Position numbers and translations under genes: made by a program. The notes beneath the pieces are model-generated. The model was not told the DNA's origin, did not search any database, and was given only the letters and a program-made list of their open reading frames with translations. Positions 38,546-51,099 of a DNA stretch of 64,000 bases are shown here, in pieces (the first letter of the stretch is position 1; each line of letters starts with the position of its first letter). Origin of the DNA: Welwitschia mirabilis (taxonomy: Eukaryota). The stretch is from NCBI GenBank assembly GCA_051453625.1, contig JBOZIK010000001.1:47674809-47738808 (forward strand), in the 5' to 3' direction.

Positions 38546-38753
38546 TGTCTATCCCTTGATCCACATGCCAAGTGCTCACATGAAACGGGAAGCCACCAGG
38601 GAGACTCAAACCTGAGACTAGCTAATAATCATGACTTTGATACCAATTGTTGGACTCATTACCATTACACCAAAATCCATGACTTAGGTGAAAACTTGAC
38701 CCATCATATTTCACCCACTGGTTGGGCTGAGCATGAGGACTGCATAACCAATA
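38546..38753 (-). mobile_element. Second TRIM copy (one LTR, PBS, internal domain, PPT); same family as 32576-32904
   Basis: ATCCCTTGATCCA...GACTCAAACCTGAGACTAGCTAATAATCATG...TGATACCAAT matches 32693-32790. The LTR is at 38648-38753 and the other LTR is absent. Confidence 0.92.
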
Positions 38754-39902
38754 GATACCTGAGAGGATGTGTAGCACAATCAATTTCTCTTCAAAATATT
38801 CAACTAAGTTTTAGTTTATAGTAGATTTTTACACCAACTTGTGAAGGGTATTACAGTGTCAGAAGTAGGGCCAATGACACGGGTATAACTGATGCACTAA
38901 ATTCTTTTCATATTCCCTAGTTTTAAGGGATAGTAGTGGAATTGTGGAAGATCTTTTAAGTGTTGTATCTATTAAGTAAATGAATGATGCATAACATAAA
39001 TAATAAAGAAGTGGATAAGACCAGCTATATATTTCAAAAGAAGAGAAATCATTAACTCTATTATTATGTGTTTTCCTTCCTAAGATTTAATTAAATCCTC
39101 CTAAAATCATTTTTTTACCTCTTTGTGTGGTATATTTTCCTTTTAATAGGCTTTCTTTTGTAGTTTTAGAGTTTAAACTTATCATAAATTGTTATGATTT
39201 CATTATAGATCTACTCATTTTGAGTTACTTTCTATTTTTAAAATTTTGAACTTTCTTTAGTATTGTAAACCTAAAATTTTTAAAATTTCTTAGACTAAGT
39301 CAAGTTGAGATATCTAATAAGATCCACTTGACTTGATTGTCTCTTTTAAACCTCATTATTTCACTTATAATTTAAATAGGTAAAGTTAAGAATGTTGTTA
39401 AGAAAGATCCACTTAAATTAACTATATCAAAATAAAGCCACTTTTTGCTTTTTTTGGTTTCTTAGGGCGTCTTTATTTTTTAAACTTAATAATAAAATTA
39501 AAAATTATACACTTCTTAATCACATAAGATATTTCACTAGCAATAATTCTTGGTTAATGGTGGATTCAGTCCTTTACATAGACATTGATCTATGTAATGC
39601 TACATTGTTTTTTGAGCTTGTTATATACTATTTAACTATCATAACTATGTAGTTTGATCCATATAGAGTGCCACGTCTCTCTAAACAGAAACATATTAGG
39701 CATTTAAAGTTATAGATTCCCATGTAAGCCTTAGTGATTAAGGGTGTATTAAGTGAAGACTAGAGGCACAATGGTAGGGTCTACTTAAATTTTATCATTA
39801 AGTCAGTAAGGAGGCATAAGTGTAATAAAAATTTAAAATTTACTGAGTCTAAGGTATAATGAAAACTAATCAACAAATTAGATGCCTCACTAATGTGATT
39901 TA

Positions 39903-42900
39903 TATTGAATTATTATTTGCCAATAGATGTCAAACTAATGGTTTTTATGTAGCATAATTTGTTTTATTTTGTGTAGAAAATATTGATCAGGTTAAAAGCT
40001 GTAGCAATGTATGTCACATTTTGATCTTGAAACCTGTTAAGTTGTGTTACCCTCTTAAGGGATCAATCGAAATTCTAAGGAGTCGACCACACCTAATGCG
40101 AACTCTCAGAAAAGAACTGAATTTAAAGGGATTGACCAAACATCTAAGGGGTCGATTGGACCTATGAACCTAAGAACCAATACTCCTGAACTGATCATCA
40201 AGGGTTCATACAGACATATAAGGGGTCGACTAGACATGAGTACTATGCACCCAATTCTTCCTAGCAGATCATCAAGGAGTTGGCCAGACACCTGAGGGAT
40301 TGACTAGATCTAAGAACTTTGCATCAATACTTCACACTCAATTAGCAAGAGGTCAACCAGATTCTCGAGAGGTCGCCTGAACCTGATGCAGAAAAACTGA
40401 GATGGATTTTATCAAGACTAAGTAGGTGACTAGATAGATCTACGGGTGACTGGATGAGCAGTCGACTAGATCCTAAGGGTTTAACTAGACATGGAGTCAT
40501 AAGAAACTGGATCAACCAAAAAGGTCACTAAGATGACTTGTTTAAGTGATAGCACTCGGAGGGATCGACCAGACTTTTGAGAAGTCGACTGATCGGAATG
40601 AAAATCTAAATTTTATAACCATCATGTAGTTATTTTATGGCCATTGGAAGTGCGTTTTCACTTGTAATAATCCTAAAAGTCTTCCACTACAAATAGCCAA
40701 GAGTCAAATCACTGTAACATCTTTTGTCAAACTATTGGATCTTGCGGATTGATTAGTGTACTCATTTGGCATTGTATTCCTGGCTAAAGAAAGACCAACA
40801 TTTATTACATCTTTGCATATAAGGTCAGATTTATAGCACTCCCTTGTTCTTAGATTATTTCATCTTTAAGTGAAGTACTTCATTACTTTCATCGAGCCAA
40901 AGATCAAGTGGTACCTATGCACTTGGGCATACTTTCATCACTATCATGTTTTCTTGCACAAAGGTTGAGACTGAGCCTTCAAAAAAGTCTGTTTATAAAG
41001 GTTACAAGTTAACTTGCAATACCTGGAAGAGTTTAATAGAGATCCGGATTAGGCTTGGATAGAAGCTAATTATCAAGAGTGGAATAGGATTTTTTCCAAA
41101 CCACTATAAAAACTTGTGTGCATATGATCGGTATTTGTGTGCTTTCTATTATTTTTATTTTTTAGAATACTTTTAGTTTTTATGCCTACTTTTTCCAGTG
41201 ATTCTTTTTCAAGTATAGTATTTTTATTTGAAGATTATTCAATAAATTTTTAGAATCCTATTCACCCCCCTCTCCCCTCCAAGGGTTGTCGATCCTTCAA
41301 TTGGTATCAGAGCTACCTTGAGTTTTTATTAAGATTTTAACCAATCTAGAGTCTAAAACCTGAAAATGAGTAATCCCTTTAATGGTTTTTCCACTGGTCC
41401 TTCACCTATATTTTATGAGCTAAATTATGCTTATTGGAAAGCTTAAATGAGAATATTCCTTAGATTCCTAGATGTAGATATTGAAAAGGTTATTTATGCC
41501 TGCGTTAGCAAAACATAATACAAATGGTAATCCCATTTTAGTCCCAAAAACCTAAGACCAATGGACTACCACTAATAGATCTAAAGCTATCAGACGTCGG
41601 TGATCTTAATGCTATATTTTATGTAGTTTATGTAGATAAATTTAAACAGATTATAAATTGTGAACATGCAAGAGAAGCATGGGATATTCTTAAAGTTACA
41701 CATAAAGGAACTTTCACAGTCAAGCAAGCCAAGCTCCAAATTCTTATCCCAAAATTTGAAGACATTTATATGGATGAGAAGGAAACATTATAGGACTTCT
41801 TTACTAGAATTATCAACATTATCAATTCTATGACAAGTCTACATAAATGATTAGATGAAGCAAAAGTGATAAAAAAAGTGCTGAGATTGTTTCCAAAGAG
41901 ATTTGAACTAAAAGTCATAGCTATCAAAGAAAGTAAGAATATCAACATAATGGTACTAGAAAAGCTTTAAGGTAATTTGCAAACATATGAACTAAATTTT
42001 CTAAAGATAAGAAGAAAGGTATTGCTTTGAAGTGTGTGCAGGAAGAGTATAAGTTAAAGAAGTCAGATTAAGAACTAAATGATAATGAAGTTTCTCTCCT
42101 AATAAGAAGATTCAAGAAATTCTTATACAAAAGGAAAAAGAAAGGTAAGCCAAGTAGAGGTATAAGACAAGAATACAAAAAGTACAGGAAGGAGTAAGAT
42201 AGAAAAAAAAAAGAGATCCAATGCTACGCTTGTAAAGGCTTTAGACATATGAAAAATGAGTGCCTAAACAACAAAAGAGAACACAAAAAATCAAAGACAT
42301 CTTTATTTGTTGCAACATGGGATAATGTGGATGAGGATTATGATAGCAATTCGGATCAAGACTCAGATGGAGATAAAAGACTATCTTTCATGGTGATTGT
42401 TTCTTCTCTACAAAACTTACCTAGCACATCGAAACCTAATGTTTTGAATGTGATTGAAGAAGAATAAGATGAGCTAGAAGATACTTATCAAGAATTATAT
42501 TTGGAATCTGAAAAGTTGGCAAAGAGAATAAATGATCTGAATAAGATTGTAAAGTCTCTCACCAAAAAAAAGAGGAAATGAAATTGAAGTAAAAAAAGAT
42601 CAAATCTAAAAATTCTGATTTTATGTTATAGGTAAAAGATTTATCTCATTTTGTTAATTATATTTTCTTAGAATTTAGAAACCAACTTATGATAAGTTAG
42701 GTATTGGCTTCATCCCTAAAAAATTACAAAATTAGTAAAATTAGGTAACTTGACAAAATAAATTTAGTTCTAAAGCTACTTGTTATTTCTATGGTAAGTC
42801 AGGGCATTCAAAACCATTTTCTAATGCTAAAAGGTTAATGCTATTTTCAAATTCAGTCAGTTCCTTTCCTTTTAAATTTATTTTAAAAGGAGGTATACCA

Positions 42901-45900
42901 CATAAGTCTAAAAGGACTAAGTGGGTGAAAGATAATGATTTGAAATGTCTCTTAATTTAGATAGCTTTCAAAGTTTCAAATGGTAGTAACTGTTATTTGG
43001 ATAGTGAATGCTCAAGACATATGATGGGAGATAAATCTAGATTCAAATAGTTAAGTAACTTTGATGGAGGAGAAGTTAGTTTGATAATAATGAAAGAGTA
43101 AAAATTGAAGGTATTGGAAGCATTGGTGGAGGTAACTTACCTAAAATTAATGATGTTTTATATGTTAATAGTTTAAAGCATAATTTACTGAGTATTAGTC
43201 AAATTTATGATAAAAGTAATAAAGTAGTTTTTAACAGGCCTAAATGTGAAATTTTACATGGTAAAACAAATAATTTTATTCTTAAAGTAAATAGAATAGA
43301 CAATGTTTATAGTATAGATCAATCGTTTTTCTTTTATTATTTTTCTCATGTTGCTCAAGAAGATCTTTAACATAATTAATCAAGTCATATTAATTATAAT
43401 CAATTAAAAATAATTATTTGTAAAAACATTGTGAAAGGTATTCCTAAAATAAATGTTTAAAAACATGGTTTATGTGATGCATGCTAAAATTGAAAACAAA
43501 TAAGAATTTCACATAAAAGTAAAAACCAAGTTTACACAACTATGTCGTTAGAGCTCATTCATATGGACTTGGTAGGCCCCACTCAAACTCAAAGTCTAGT
43601 TGGTAAACACTATTTTCTTACTGTGGTCGATGATTTATCTAGATATACATGGGTTGCATTTTTTTCAAACAAATCTAAAACTTACAAATATTGAGTGGAG
43701 ATATGTAATAAGATTTAAAATAAGAAATAGTATACCATAAAGAAAATAATAAGTGATATGGTGATGAATTTAAGAATTATTTATTTGAGAAATATTGCAT
43801 TGACAATGGAATTAATCATTAATTTTCAGCCCCTAAAACACTGTAACAAAATGGTATAGGTAAAAGAAATAATAGAGTCCTCCAAGAAATGGCACAAACT
43901 ATGTTAAATGACAAGGAGGTTCCAAAATTATTTTGGGTTGAGACTATTAGCAGTGTATGTTATATTATCAATAAAGTTTATCTTAGACTTGGTATGGATA
44001 AAATGTCATATGTGTTATGAAAAGGAAGACAACTTAATGTTTCATAATTTAAAATCTTTGAAAGTAAATGTTATATGCTAAAAGATAGATATTAGTCAAG
44101 AAAATTTAAATCTAAAGCCGATGAAGCTATATTTTTGGGTTATTTAACTAAAAGTAAAGCTTATCATGTCTTCAACAAGAGAAGTCTAACTATAAAAGAA
44201 TCAATAAATGTGCAAATTGATGATGTTAGCACAAAGCCTATTTGTTCAAATGATGAAGAAGACATATCTCCAAGCACGCCCACAACTAATGTAGTATCTA
44301 CTAAGAATGAAGAATGTCCTATAAAAGAAGTGACAACTAAAATGTTCAAAGAGCTAAAAGATCATCCTTTAGGGTCTATTATTGGAGAAGTTAGCTCAAA
44401 AATAAAGATAAGGAGTTCTATAAAGAACTTTTATGCCCACATTTGTTATGTGTCTTAAATATAATCTAAGAAATTTGAAGAACATGAATCCCATAAAGAA
44501 TGGATGACGGCTATGCAGGATGAATTACAATAATATAAGAGAAATGATGTTTGGAAGGCTGTAGAAAGGCTAAAAGACAAAAATGTTATTGGAACAAAGT
44601 GGATCTTTAAGAACAAGTATGATGAAGAAAATAATGTTATTAAAAATAAAGCAATATTAGTAGCACAAAGATACAACCAAATAGAAGGCATTGATGTAGG
44701 CAGCACCTATGCTTCAGTTACAAGGCTTGATAGCATTTGAATGTTTTTATTACTTGTAGCTTTTAAAAATTTTGAAGTGTATCAAATGGATGTAAAGAGT
44801 TAGTTTTTAAATGGTCCCTTACATAAAGAAGTTTATATAGATCAACTACAAGGTTTTATTGATCCTCATAAATCTTATCATATTTATAAACTTAAGAAAG
44901 CTTTGTATGAGTTGAAGCAAGCTCTAAGAGCTTGGTATAAAAAGTTAGCCACTTTTTTGAATGATAATGATTATATTTGTGGAATGGTAGATAAGACTTT
45001 ATNNNNNNNNNNNNNNNNNNNNNNNNNNNNNNNNNNNNNNNNNNNNNNNNNNNNNNNNNNNNNNNNNNNNNNNNNNNNNNNNNNNNNNNNNNNNNNNNNN
45101 NNNNNNNNNNNNNNNNNNNNNNNNNNNNNNNNNNNNNNNNNNNNNNNNNNNNNNNNNNNNNNNNNNNNNNNNNNNNNNNNNNNNNNNNNNNNNNNNNNNN
45201 NNNNNNNNNNNNNNNNNNNNNNNNNNNNNNNNNNNNNNNNNNNNNNNNNNNNNNNNNNNNNNNNNNNNNNNNNNNNNNNNNNNNNNNNNNNNNNNNNNNN
45301 NNNNNNNNNNNNNNNNNNNNNNNNNNNNNNNNNNNNNNNNNNNNNNNNNNNNNNNNNNNNNNNNNNNNNNNNNNNNNNNNNNNNNNNNNNNNNNNNNNNN
45401 NNNNNNNNNNNNNNNNNNNNNNNNNNNNNNNNNNNNNNNNNNNNNNNNNNNNNNNNNNNNNNNNNNNNNNNNNNNNNNNNNNNNNNNNNNNNNNNNNNNN
45501 NNNNNNNNNNNNNNNNNNNNNNNNNNNNNNNNNNNNNNNNNNNNNNNNNNNNNNNNNNNNNNNNNNNNNNNNNNNNNNNNNNNNNNNNNNNNNNNNNNNN
45601 NNNNNNNNNNNNNNNNNNNNNNNNNNNNNNNNNNNNNNNNNNNNNNNNNNNNNNNNNNNNNNNNNNNNNNNNNNNNNNNNNNNNNNNNNNNNNNNNNNNN
45701 NNNNNNNNNATGCAAAAGATTTAATCAAATATTTTGGATTGGAGAATGCTAAAACAACTGATACTCCAATGTCAAATTCTTGTAAAGGCAATTTGGATGA
45801 AAATAAAAATTAGTAGATCAGAAGCTTTATAGGAGCATGATTAGAAGTTTATTATATTTGACTACAAGTAAACCAGATATTATGTTTAGTATTGGTGTTT

Positions 45901-48900
45901 GTGCAAGGTACCGAATCCAACCAAAAGAATCACACTTATAAGTAGTAAAAAGAATAATTAAATATGTAAAAGGCACATGAAATTATGTTTTATGATATCC
46001 TACGGAGACATCATTTGAGCTTGAAGGTTTTAGTAATGCAGATTGGACTAGATGTAAAGATAATAGAAAGAGTACAAGTGGAAATTATTTTCTATTAGAG
46101 TTATGCTTAGTAGGACAGGAAAGAAAAAAGCAAAATTCAATTTCCCTTTAAACAATAAAAGTCAAGTATATTGCAGCAGGGAGTTGTTGTGCTTGTCTCC
46201 TTTGGATGAAGGAAATGCTAAAGGACTTTAATGTAAATTTTAAACAATTTCATATTTTTTGTAATAATACTAGTGCTATAAATATTTCTGAAAATATTAT
46301 TTAGCACTCTAGAGCCAAATATGTTGAACTAAGACATTACTTTTTAAGAGATCAAGTTGAAAAAAGGAATATTATCATGAATTTTGTTAGCACAAATTAT
46401 CAACTGGTAGATATGTTTACGAAACCCATGAATTTTAATAATTTTATTCATCTTTAGAATGAATTGGGATTATCTTGTTATCCTTTGACTGACTGTAGGG
46501 CAGTCAACCAAATCTATGATGCAGTCAACTAGAGCGGTCGGTCGACCGGCCTTAAAGACCAATTGCCAAAACCCTTACTATGTTATAGACCCATGTCTCT
46601 ATGGATCGACTAGAATACAAATTGGTTAATTGGATATGTAGGGTTATAATGCAGAAGTACTATCATTGGACCCAATTCCTTTTTTAAAATTAACCTAATT
46701 GACCTTCTCTATAAAAGCAAGTGGAGCCCAAACCCTTTTTTTAATTTTTTAATGATCTGTCTTTGTCTGATCTAGTGTTTTCTTTATATTTTTCTTATCT
46801 TCAAGATCTTGTCAAGTAATTGCAATGGGAAGAAGGACCAAGGACGTTATAGCTAGAGATCCTTCTTATTTCTACCAGGGCATGTCTGAATATGCTTTGG
46901 AAAAGTTCTCTGAGAAGTTTGAGAAGAAGCCTATATGCTAGAAAAGATATATTGCTGCTTTAGAGTTTAGGGAGGTTGGAGATATGATTCAATCCTTGTG
47001 AGATTAGGATATATCTTATTTTCTTGACGTTTCATGTTTAACTTACTCTTTTCTTACTAGAATGTTTTATTGTAATACTTCTTATGATATTGACTTTAGA
47101 ACCCTTTTAACCCTTGTTTTGGAGAAGAGGATAAAAGTGACAACAAACTTTATTGCGGTTGTTACTGATCTTCTAAGAGGAGACTATGAGCAATTTTTGC
47201 CTCTTCATAACTCCATGGAAGATAAAGTAGAGATCATAAGAAAGCTTGTGGTGAATTCCATAGCTAGAAGAATACTATTTCCACTTCTTTGCTTACTTCA
47301 AAGTACCATTTTCTTCACTTAGTTTTTACCTATAACTTTTTGCCTTTGGAGGGTTATCGTGATGAGGCCTTCAACTATAAGGCCTAGTTGATGTACTTAG
47401 TAGAAACTAAACACTTTATTGATGTCATTACCATTATATTCAAGAATATGGTTTCTCAGTTGGAGTATCAAAGAACTAAGGCTTTATCCTACTCTGTGTT
47501 GAATATGTGCTGTTCTTATTGAATGNNNNNNNNNNNNNNNNNNNNNNNNNNNNNNNNNNNNNNNNNNNNNNNNNNNNNNNNNNNNNNNNNNNNNNNNNNN
47601 NNNNNNNNNNNNNNNNNNNNNNNNNNNNNNNNNNNNNNNNNNNNNNNNNNNNNNNNNNNNNNNNNNNNNNNNNNNNNNNNNNNNNNNNNNNNNNNNNNNN
47701 NNNNNNNNNNNNNNNNNNNNNNNNNNNNNNNNNNNNNNNNNNNNNNNNNNNNNNNNNNNNNNNNNNNNNNNNNNNNNNNNNNNNNNNNNNNNNNNNNNNN
47801 NNNNNNNNNNNNNNNNNNNNNNNNNNNNNNNNNNNNNNNNNNNNNNNNNNNNNNNNNNNNNNNNNNNNNNNNNNNNNNNNNNNNNNNNNNNNNNNNNNNN
47901 NNNNNNNNNNNNNNNNNNNNNNNNNNNNNNNNNNNNNNNNNNNNNNNNNNNNNNNNNNNNNNNNNNNNNNNNNNNNNNNNNNNNNNNNNNNNNNNNNNNN
48001 NNNNNNNNNNNNNNNNNNNNNNNNNNNNNNNNNNNNNNNNNNNNNNNNNNNNNNNNNNNNNNNNNNNNNNNNNNNNNNNNNNNNNNNNNNNNNNNNNNNN
48101 NNNNNNNNNNNNNNNNNNNNNNNNNNNNNNNNNNNNNNNNNNNNNNNNNNNNNNNNNNNNNNNNNNNNNNNNNNNNNNNNNNNNNNNNNNNNNNNNNNNN
48201 NNNNNNNNNNNNNNNNNNNNNNNNNNNNNNNNNNNNNNNNNNNNNNNNNNNNNNNNNNNNNNNNNNNNNNNNNNNNNNNNNNNNNNNNNNNNNNNNNNNN
48301 NNNNNNNNNNNNNNNNNNNNNNNNNNNNNNNNNNNNNNNNNNNNNNNNNNNNNNNNNNNNNNNNNNNNNNNNNNNNNNNNNNNNNNNNNNNNNNNNNNNN
48401 NNNNNNNNNNNNNNNNNNNNNGCCACATCAAATAAATCCTCCAAATCTCCTTCTCCCAAACAAACCTCTCAAGAAAGACATTTTCATACCTAAGGCGGAT
48501 TGACTCTCGTACCAGGCATACGAAGGAAGCTTTCATTATAACTAGGTATGAGGTTACTAACACTTCATAGGAACTAGAAGTTCACCATGAAAGGTAGTCG
48601 AAGAAGAGGAAGAGGAATAAGAAGAATATTCTAAAGAAGAATATGAAGAGGAGAAAGCATAGGAATATGATTAGATCTTTTTTTTCTATGCTTATGTTAG
48701 TATTTCATGCTTGTGTGTATTTCGTTCCTTTGTAATTGATGTCAAAAGGGAAGAATTAGTTATTGTATTTGATACTTTTAGATATATTTGCTCTTAATGA
48801 GCACTTTTTATTGTAATGTTTCTCTTTTAGTAATAGAAATGCACTTCTTTTTATGCTCTATAATTTATGTCTCAAATTTTCTAGTGCATATCTATTTTAC

Positions 48901-50581
48901 TATGAACTAAAATTTCTGTTATATCTTATGGTTAATCAATATTTCATGATCAAAATGGGGTTTATTATATATATATTTTAGCACTTAAAATTATCTTCAA
49001 ATTTTGGCAAAATTTGAGGTCTTATCAAAATATTTAACTTAATATAAAAGGTTTAATGTTTTTGCAAAAATTAATAGGCATCTTGTGAGGGGTAATTTTT
49101 TCAAATCTAATATCCATAACTAAGAAAATGTTTACCATCAATATCAAGGAGGCTGGTGGGGGAGGGCGGAGGAGGAGGGGAAGGGAGGGTGTGATGTTAA
49201 ATTATGATTTACTAATTAATGTCAAACTAATGTTTTTTGTGTAGTACAATTTATTATATCTTATACAGAAAATATTAATCACTTGTAGGTTAAAAGCTAT
49301 AATAATGTTTATTACATTTTAATCCTAAAACTTTTCAAGCTATGTTACCCTCTTAAGGGGTCAACTAGAATTCTAAGGATCAATTGCACCTGAAGTAAAC
49401 TCTCAAAAAAGAAGTAAATTTACAGGGTCAACTGAACATCCAAGGGATCGACCAGACTTGTAAACCTGAGAATCAGTACTCCTCAATCTATTATCAAGGG
49501 GTAGACTGAACATCTAAGAGGTTGACTAAACATGAGCACTATGTACTAAGTTATTTCTAGCCAATCGTCAAGGAGTCAAACACTTAAGGGATCAATCAAA
49601 TCTGAGAACGAAGCATTAATACTTCACACCTGATTAGTAAGGGGTCGATCAGATTTCTAAGGAGTCAATCAAACCTGATGCAAAAAAACTAAGATGGATT
49701 TTGTTATGACTAAGTGAGTGACTGGATAGATCTACGAGTAACTAGATGAGTGGTTGATAAGACCCTAAGGAGTTAACCAGAGATGGAGCCGTAAGAAATT
49801 GGGTCGACTGAAAAGTTCACTGGGATAACTTGTTTAAGTGATGAAACCAAGAGGGGGTGACCATATGTTTGAGAATTCGACTAACCGAGATGAAAATGAA
49901 AATTTTATAACCATTATGTAGCCATTTTATGGCTATTGAGAGTACATTTTCACTTGTAATAATCCTAAAAGTATTACACTATAAATAGCCAAGAGTCAAA
50001 TCACTGTAACATCTTTTATCGAACTATTGAATCTTATGGATTGATTATTGTACTCATTTAGCATTGCATTCTTAACCAAAGATGAACCAACATCTGTGTA
50101 TCTTTTCATACAAGGTCAGATTTGTAGCACTCCTTTGTTCTTGGATTGTATCATCTTCAGGAGAAGTGCTCCATTACTTTCTTTAAGCCAAAGATTAAGT
50201 GATACCTGTGCACTTGGGCATACTTTCATCACTATCATGCTTTCTTATAAAAAGGTTAAGATCAAGCCTTTAGAAAAAGTCTATTTGTAAAGATTACATA
50301 TTAACCTATAATACCTAAAAGAGTTTAATGGAGATGTAGGTCAGGTTTGGACAGAAGCTAATCATCAGGAGTGGAGTAGAGGGTTTTCTTGAATGACTAT
50401 AAAAACTTATGTGCATATGATCAGTATTTCTGTGATTTCTATTATTTTCATTTTTTAAAATATTTTTAGTTTTTATGCACAAGTTTTTCAGTGATTTTTT
50501 TAAGCAAAGTATTCTTATTTGAAGATTATTCATTAAATTTTTAGAATCCTGTTCCACCTCCCTAGGGTTTTTGATCCTTTA
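39903..50581 (+). mobile_element. Sirevirus (SIRE/Maximus)-like copia element, full length and degenerate
   Basis: ~1.4-kb LTRs at 39903-41299 and 49195-50581, PBS TGGTATCAGAGC at 41302, ATTCACCCCCCTCT near the LTR end, TSD ATTTA/ATTCA. Motifs: gag NYAYWKA (~41424), protease LDSECSRHM (~42997), integrase [24 protein letters not shown], RNase H to ~46480. Several purine tracts precede the 3' LTR. Confidence 0.95.
46825..48660 (+). pseudogene. Decayed extra ('env-like') ORF between pol and the 3' LTR
   Basis: MGRRTKDVIARDPSYFYQG...LTYSFLTRMFYCN... with an acidic tail near 48600. The position is typical of Sirevirus extra ORFs. It is interrupted by stops and a gap. Confidence 0.6.
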
Positions 50582-51099
50582 ATTCATACTTTTGTCTTTT
50601 TGCTTCTTTTGCATATAATGATTACACCCTTAAAGAGGATGTCATCATTACCTAAATGGGGAATAAGATTTAAATTTGATAAAGCTTTTACTTAATCATC
50701 TAATGATTTAGACCCCTTAGATTAAATTTAATACATTCACATAAGGCTCTTAAACAAATATGCTCTATTTTCCTTGTGTGTGTGATCATTAAGGGTTAGT
50801 TTTATCATACTTTGTTATATTTTTATAGATTGGATAGATCAATCAACTTGTGGATGTGAGAAATATCCCTTTCAAATTGATTATACCACTTTATCATTTG
50901 TCTTTTTTAAGATTTTGTTATATCATTATGATTTGAATGAACTGTTTAAACTTATGGATGTAAACAAGATCCCTAGTCAAATTGATTTTATCATTTTATT
51001 TTCTTTTATTTTTTTCTCTTGTTGAGTTGATAAGTATTATTTGTGTGAAGGATAGATCCATTTTTAAGTTATGGATGTGAAAAAGATCCCCTTAAAAAT

